Below are positions 26,595 to 31,774 of a stretch of 31,774 nt of DNA, piece by piece. Each line of letters begins with the position of its first letter. Positions within the stretch are counted from its first letter, which is position 1. The stretch is from a virus (Duplodnaviria > Heunggongvirae > Uroviricota > Caudoviricetes). Location of the stretch: IMG/VR virus record IMGVR_UViG_2579779052_000011; one strand, given 5' to 3'. The notes below the pieces were generated by a model that had not been told where the DNA came from, did not search any database, and saw nothing but the letters and a program-made list of their open reading frames with translations. The position numbers and the translations under genes were made by a program.

Positions 26595-29034
26595 CAATGT
26601 AAAATTACAGGTATTGCTCAGGGCTGTTGACCAGGCATCCCGCCCGTTTAAATCCATCCGCACAGCGAGCAAATCGCTGTCGGGGGATATCCGGGAAACA
26701 CAAAAATCACTGCGCGAGCTGAACGGTCAGGCATCCCGTATTGAGGGATTTCGCAAGACCAGTGCACAGCTCGCCGTGACTGGTCATGCACTTGAAAAGG
26801 CTCGACAGGAAGCCGAAGCCCTTGCCACACAGTTTAAAAACACCGAACGTCCGACCCGTGCTCAGGCGAAAGTGCTGGAATCCGCAAAGCGTGCGGCGGA
26901 GGACTTACAGGCGAAATATAACCGCCTGACGGATTCCGTTAAACGCCAGCAGCGGGAACTGGCCGCTGTGGGAATTAATACCCGCAATCTTGCACATGAT
27001 GAGCAGGGACTGAAAAACCGTATCAGTGAAACCACTGCCCAGCTTAACCGGCAGCGTGACGCGCTGGCGCGTGTCAGTGCGCAACAGGCAAAACTTAACG
27101 CAGTCAAACAGCGTTATCAGGCCGGCAAGGAACTGGCCGGAAATATGGCCTCAGTGGGCGCTGCCGGTGTGGGGATTGCGGCGGCGGGAACGATGGCCGG
27201 AGTTAAGCTGCTGATGCCCGGTTATGAGTTTGCGCAGAAAAACTCAGAATTACAGGCTGTGCTCGGAGTGGCAAAAGACTCCGCCGAAATGGCCGCGCTC
27301 CGCAAACAGGCGCGCCAGCTCGGCGACAACACCGCCGCCTCGGCGGATGATGCAGCCGGTGCGCAGATTATCATTGCAAAAGCCGGTGGGGATGTTGATG
27401 CCATTCAGGCGGCAACGCCGGTCACGCTGAATATGGCGCTGGCGAACCGTCGCACGATGGAAGAAAACGCCGCCCTGTTGATGGGGATGAAATCCGCCTT
27501 TCAGCTTTCAAACGATAAGGTCGCTCATATCGGGGATGTTCTCTCCATGACGATGAACAAAACCGCCGCCGATTTTGACGGCATGAGCGATGCGCTGACC
27601 TATGCCGCACCTGTGGCAAAAAATGCCGGTGTCAGCATTGAAGAAACCGCCGCAATGGTCGGGGCGCTGCATGATGCAAAAATCACAGGCTCAATGGCGG
27701 GGACGGGAAGCCGTGCCGTGTTAAGTCGCCTGCAGGCACCGACGGGAAAAGCATGGGATGCACTCAAAGAGCTTGGAGTGAAAACCTCAGACAGCAAGGG
27801 GAATACCCGACCAATATTTACCATTCTGAAAGAAATGCAGGCCAGTTTTGAGAAAAACCGGCTCGGTACTGCCCAGCAGGCTGAATACATGAAAACCATT
27901 TTCGGTGAGGAGGCCAGTTCAGCAGCCGCCGTGCTGATGACTGCCGCCTCAACCGGAAAGCTGGACAAACTGACCGCTGCGTTTAAAGCCTCAGACGGGA
28001 AGACCGCAGAGCTGGTAAATATCATGCAGGACAACCTCGGCGGTGACTTTAAGGAGTTTCAGTCCGCTTATGAGGCGGTGGGGACTGACCTGTTTGACCA
28101 GCAGGAAGGCGCACTACGTAAGCTCACGCAGACGGCCACAAAGTATGTGTTAAAACTCGACGGCTGGATCCAGAAAAACAAATCACTGGCGTCAACCATT
28201 GGCCTCATTGCCGGTGGCGCGCTGGCGCTGATTGGCATCATCGGTACAATTGGTCTTGTAGCCTGGCCGGTTATCACCGGCATCAATGCCATCATCGCGG
28301 CAGCAGGCGCAATGGGGGCAATCTTCACGACGGTTGGCAGTGCTGTTATGACCGCCATCGGGGCTATTAGCTGGCCGGTTGTGGCTGTGGTGGCTGCCAT
28401 TGTCGCCGGGGCGTTGCTTATCCGTAAATACTGGGAGCCTGTCAGCGCATTCTTTGGCGGTGTGGTTGAAGGGCTGAAAGTGGCATTTGCGCCGGTGGGG
28501 GAACTGTTCACGCCACTTAAGCCGGTGTTTGACTGGCTGGGTGAAAAGTTACAGGCCGCGTGGCAGTGGTTTAAAAACCTGATTGCCCCGGTCAAAGCCA
28601 CTCAGGACACCCTGAACCGTTGCCGTGACACGGGGGTCATGTTCGGGCAGGCACTGGCTGACGCGCTGATGCTGCCGCTTAATGCGTTCAACAAACTGCG
28701 CAGTGGTATTGACTGGGTACTGGAAAAACTCGGTGTTATCAACAAAGAGTCAGACACACTTGACCAGACCGCCACCAGAACTCAAGCCGCCACGTATGGC
28801 AGCGGTGGTTATATTCCGGCGACCAGCTCTTATGCAGGCTATCAGGCTTATCAGCCGGTCACGGCACCGGCTGGCCGCTCTTATGTGGACCAGAGTAAAA
28901 ACGAATATCACATCAGCCTGACGGGTGGCACTGCGCCGGGGACACAGCTTGACCGCCAGTTACAGGATGCGCTCGAAAAATACGAGCGGGATAAACGTGC
29001 GCGCGCTCGTGCCAGCATGATGCATGACGGTTAA
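26587..29034 (+). CDS. T: Tail tape measure protein, P2 gpT-like
   Basis: 815-aa ORF with a coiled-coil N-terminus and Gly/Ala-rich hydrophobic region. Confidence 0.9.
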   Translation: MSNNVKLQVLLRAVDQASRPFKSIRTASKSLSGDIRETQKSLRELNGQASRIEGFRKTSAQLAVTGHALEKARQEAEALATQFKNTERPTRAQAKVLESAKRAAEDLQAKYNRLTDSVKRQQRELAAVGINTRNLAHDEQGLKNRISETTAQLNRQRDALARVSAQQAKLNAVKQRYQAGKELAGNMASVGAAGVGIAAAGTMAGVKLLMPGYEFAQKNSELQAVLGVAKDSAEMAALRKQARQLGDNTAASADDAAGAQIIIAKAGGDVDAIQAATPVTLNMALANRRTMEENAALLMGMKSAFQLSNDKVAHIGDVLSMTMNKTAADFDGMSDALTYAAPVAKNAGVSIEETAAMVGALHDAKITGSMAGTGSRAVLSRLQAPTGKAWDALKELGVKTSDSKGNTRPIFTILKEMQASFEKNRLGTAQQAEYMKTIFGEEASSAAAVLMTAASTGKLDKLTAAFKASDGKTAELVNIMQDNLGGDFKEFQSAYEAVGTDLFDQQEGALRKLTQTATKYVLKLDGWIQKNKSLASTIGLIAGGALALIGIIGTIGLVAWPVITGINAIIAAAGAMGAIFTTVGSAVMTAIGAISWPVVAVVAAIVAGALLIRKYWEPVSAFFGGVVEGLKVAFAPVGELFTPLKPVFDWLGEKLQAAWQWFKNLIAPVKATQDTLNRCRDTGVMFGQALADALMLPLNAFNKLRSGIDWVLEKLGVINKESDTLDQTATRTQAATYGSGGYIPATSSYAGYQAYQPVTAPAGRSYVDQSKNEYHISLTGGTAPGTQLDRQLQDALEKYERDKRARARASMMHDG

Positions 29035-29048
29035 GGAGGTGACGAAAA

Positions 29049-29528
29049 ATGATGCTCGCGTTAGGTATGTTTGTTTTTATGCGCCAGACGCTGCCACACC
29101 AGACCATGCAGCGTGAATCAGATTATCGCTGGCCGTCAAATTCCCGTATCGGTAAACGGGACGCTTTTCAGTTTCTCGGTGTGGGTGAGGAAAACATCAC
29201 GCTGGCCGGTGTGCTTTATCCCGAACTGACCGGCGGCAAGCTGACGATGACCACGCTCAGGCTGATGGCAGAGGAGGGGCGGGCGTGGCCGTTGCTGGAT
29301 GGCACCGGCATGATTTACGGCATGTATGTCATCAGCAGGGTGAGTGAAACAGGGAGTATTTTCTTTGCAGACGGCACACCCAGGAAAATTGATTTTACGC
29401 TGTCACTCACCCGCGTTGATGAATCACTGGCCGCGCTTTATGGCGATATCGGTAAACAGGCGGAATCGCTCATCGGTAAGGCCGGCAGTATGGCGACCAG
29501 ATTCACAGGTATGACGGGGGCGGGATAA
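29049..29528 (+). CDS. U: Tail protein, P2 gpU-like
   Basis: 159-aa ORF. Confidence 0.85.
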   Translation: MMLALGMFVFMRQTLPHQTMQRESDYRWPSNSRIGKRDAFQFLGVGEENITLAGVLYPELTGGKLTMTTLRLMAEEGRAWPLLDGTGMIYGMYVISRVSETGSIFFADGTPRKIDFTLSLTRVDESLAALYGDIGKQAESLIGKAGSMATRFTGMTGAG

Positions 29529-30691
29529 TGCTGGATGCGCTGACATTTGATGCAGGCAGTACGCTGACGCCGGATTACATGCTGATGCTCGACAGCAGGG
29601 ATATTACCGGCAATATCAGCGACCGTCTGATGAGCATGACCCTGACGGATAACCGGGGCTTTGAGGCTGACCAGCTTGATATTGAACTGAACGATGCCGA
29701 CGGGCAGGTCGGGCTGCCGGTTCGTGGCGCTGTCCTGACGGTGTATATCGGCTGGAAAGGTTTTGCCCTGGTATGCAAAGGGAAATTTACCGTTGATGAG
29801 GTTGAACACCGGGGCGCACCGGATGTAGTCACCATCCGCGCCCGGAGTGCAGATTTTCGCGGGACGCTCAATTCCCGCCGGGAAGGCTCCTGGCATGACA
29901 CCACGCTCGGTGCGATTGTTAAGGCGATAGCCACCCGTAACAGGCTGGAAGCCAGTGTCGCTCCGTCACTGGCCGGAATAAAAATTCCACACATCGACCA
30001 GTCGCAGGAGTCTGATGCAAAATTCCTGACCCGCCTTGCTGAACGCAACGGCGGTGAGGTGTCGGTAAAAATGGGAAAATTGTTGTTTCTCAAAGCGGGG
30101 CAGGGGGTGACGGCCAGCGGTAAAAAAATCCCGCAGATTACCATCACCCGCAGCGACGGCGACCGTCATCATTTTGCGATTGCTGACCGTGGAGCTTACA
30201 CCGGCGTAACGGCAAAGTGGTTACATACCAAAGACCCGAAGCCGCAAAAGCAGAAGGTAAAACTGAAACGCAAAAAGAAAGAAAAACACCTGCGCGCACT
30301 GGAGCACCCGAAAGCGAAACCGGTCACGCAGAAGAAAGCGCCAAAAGTACCGGAAGCGCGCGAAGGTGAATACATGGCCGGTGAGGCTGACAACGTTTTT
30401 GCCCTGACCACGGTATATGCCACGAAAGCGCAGGCCATGCGCGCCGCTCAGGCGAAGTGGGATAAACTGCAACGGGGTGTAGCGGAGTTCTCCATCAGCC
30501 TGGCTACCGGTCGGGCAGATATTTACACGGAAACACCGGTCAAAGTGTCAGGCTTTAAGCGTGTCATAGACGAGCAGGACTGGACAATCACTAAGGTGAC
30601 ACATTTTCTGAATAATAGCGGCTTCACGACGTCCTTAGAGCTTGAGGTAAGGCTTTCTGATGTGGAGTACGAAACCGAAGATGATGAGTGA
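29528..30691 (+). CDS. D: Late control / tail protein, P2 gpD-like
   Basis: 387-aa ORF. Confidence 0.9.
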   Translation: MLDALTFDAGSTLTPDYMLMLDSRDITGNISDRLMSMTLTDNRGFEADQLDIELNDADGQVGLPVRGAVLTVYIGWKGFALVCKGKFTVDEVEHRGAPDVVTIRARSADFRGTLNSRREGSWHDTTLGAIVKAIATRNRLEASVAPSLAGIKIPHIDQSQESDAKFLTRLAERNGGEVSVKMGKLLFLKAGQGVTASGKKIPQITITRSDGDRHHFAIADRGAYTGVTAKWLHTKDPKPQKQKVKLKRKKKEKHLRALEHPKAKPVTQKKAPKVPEAREGEYMAGEADNVFALTTVYATKAQAMRAAQAKWDKLQRGVAEFSISLATGRADIYTETPVKVSGFKRVIDEQDWTITKVTHFLNNSGFTTSLELEVRLSDVEYETEDDE

Positions 30692-30773
30692 TGTGTTTTA
30701 TTTTATCTGTTTGTTTTATAAGGATAAATTAACTAAAATGGCAACATCAACAAAACCGGAAGAGGTGCTCGCG

Positions 30774-30992
30774 ATGTTTCATTGTCCTTTATGCCAGCAT
30801 GCCGCACATGCGCGTACAAGTCGCTATATCACTGACACGACAAAAGAGCGTTATCACCAGTGCCAGAACGTGAATTGCAGCGCCACGTTCATCACTTATG
30901 AGTCGGTACAGCGATACATCGTGAAGCCGGGAGAAGTCCACGCCGTGAGGCCGCACCCGTTGCCGTCAGGGCAGCAAATTATGTGGATGTAA
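30774..30992 (+). CDS. ogr: Zinc-finger late gene transcription activator Ogr
   Basis: 72 aa from the ATG at 30774 (MFHCPLCQH...CQNVNC...), GGAAGAGG RBS; the listed longer ORF starts upstream. Confidence 0.9.
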   Translation: MFHCPLCQHAAHARTSRYITDTTKERYHQCQNVNCSATFITYESVQRYIVKPGEVHAVRPHPLPSGQQIMWM

Positions 30993-31001
30993 TTACAAAC
31001 A

Positions 31002-31034
31002 GAAAGCCCCTCAGTCGAGGGGCTTTCTGTTTTG
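31002..31034 (+). terminator. Rho-independent terminator after ogr
   Basis: AAAGCCCCTC-AGTC-GAGGGGCTTT hairpin followed by CTGTTTT. Confidence 0.8.
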
Positions 31035-31132
31035 GGGAATATTCTTCATTAAAAGTAGTGGATCACGTTTAATAAACTATGTTTATCATATACTTAAAAG
31101 TAACTTTTTAAAGTTGGACAGGTTGGTGGAAA

Positions 31133-31774
31133 ATGGAAAAAGTTATAATTGAGCTTGATAATCGTTGGGAGTTAGCTGATTTCGCGGTCTTAACGAAAGA
31201 GTATTTGCAGCTATATGGTTTTTTTTATGGCCTAAAAGGAGGATCAAGAGGATATTCAACAATGCCTTGGGAGGGTGGGCACAGTGTAGTGAACTTTTTT
31301 AGAGGGGCTTACAGTGCGACTCCACCAGATTTACGTCCTGTAGTGAAAAAAATTCAGTATGCCTCTCCTGGCTTTATTGAATTGTCTGCTCTTATTGATA
31401 TCTCTTGGCAGATTGCTGAGTTAGTTACTGCTGTTGGTGGAAGTATTCTGGCTGCCAACAAAGTTTACGATCAGGTGATGCGTACATATCGACAAAGAGA
31501 ATGGGCAAAGTTGAAATCAGAGAAGCTGCGTATACAGAATCAAATTAAAGAGATTGAACTTGTTTCTGACGCAGTTAAATCACTTGAATCTGTGATGGCA
31601 CTTAGTGAAGAACAACGTAAAAACTTGGTTCAACTATCGGGGGCAGATGAACTGGTTCAGTTAAAGATACTTTTGGCTGTTTACCGACGGTTATCTCCTC
31701 TTGTTGAGTTGCAAAACAGCGGGAAAGCTAATTTTTCTGCAGGGAAAAATAAAAATTTAAAAGCGTCCGATTAA
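31133..31774 (+). CDS. Hypothetical 213-aa protein, AT-rich, beyond the ogr end of the prophage
   Basis: Complete ORF (ATG to TAA at the window end) with GGTGGA RBS; C-terminal half looks coiled-coil; no homolog recognised. Confidence 0.55.
   Translation: MEKVIIELDNRWELADFAVLTKEYLQLYGFFYGLKGGSRGYSTMPWEGGHSVVNFFRGAYSATPPDLRPVVKKIQYASPGFIELSALIDISWQIAELVTAVGGSILAANKVYDQVMRTYRQREWAKLKSEKLRIQNQIKEIELVSDAVKSLESVMALSEEQRKNLVQLSGADELVQLKILLAVYRRLSPLVELQNSGKANFSAGKNKNLKASD

Larger units (their letters stand above)
1..31034. mobile_element. P2-like prophage, integrated gene order (int at left edge, ogr at right edge); attL lies outside the window, attR expected just right of ogr
   Basis: Complete collinear P2 gene set recognised from ORF translations; cos is internal, as expected for an integrated P2-type prophage. 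Confidence 0.85.

Noticed and set aside
28068-28601. 177-aa minus-strand ORF inside the tape measure gene
   Set aside because: Antisense to T; Ala/Thr/Pro-rich composition mirrors the Gly/Ala-rich sense strand
29575-30147. 190-aa minus-strand ORF inside D
   Set aside because: Antisense shadow ORF within a well-supported late gene
30660-30773. Upstream extension of ogr (110-aa ORF)
   Set aside because: The ATG at 30774 has a strong GGAAGAGG RBS and gives the canonical 72-aa zinc-finger protein
1-31774. Transposase or IS element within the prophage
   Set aside because: No transposase-like ORF or terminal inverted repeats seen; the only recombinases are the phage integrase and the tail-fibre invertase

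Overview
The window is an almost complete P2-like (Peduovirus) temperate phage genome in integrated prophage order, running from int (1-1011) to ogr (30774-30992). Gene identities come from reading the translated ORFs against remembered P2 proteins and gene order; no database search was run. The lysogeny/early module int-C-cox-B-A (1-5775) is followed by an AT-rich cargo island (about 5776-9320) in the slot where P2 carries tin/old, then cos (9327-9345). The late genes follow in P2 order: Q P O N M L, lysis genes X Y K lysA lysB/lysC, tail and baseplate genes R S V W J I H, then FI FII E/E' T U D and ogr. Where P2 has G and Z/fun there is instead a tail-fibre inversion switch with a serine invertase (22069-24329). 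An AT-rich 213-aa ORF of unknown function sits beyond ogr at the right edge. The best candidate for an undescribed system is the cargo island: an ImmA/IrrE-type metallopeptidase, a 2-TM protein and a convergent 313-aa protein, none of which I can assign to a named defence system.
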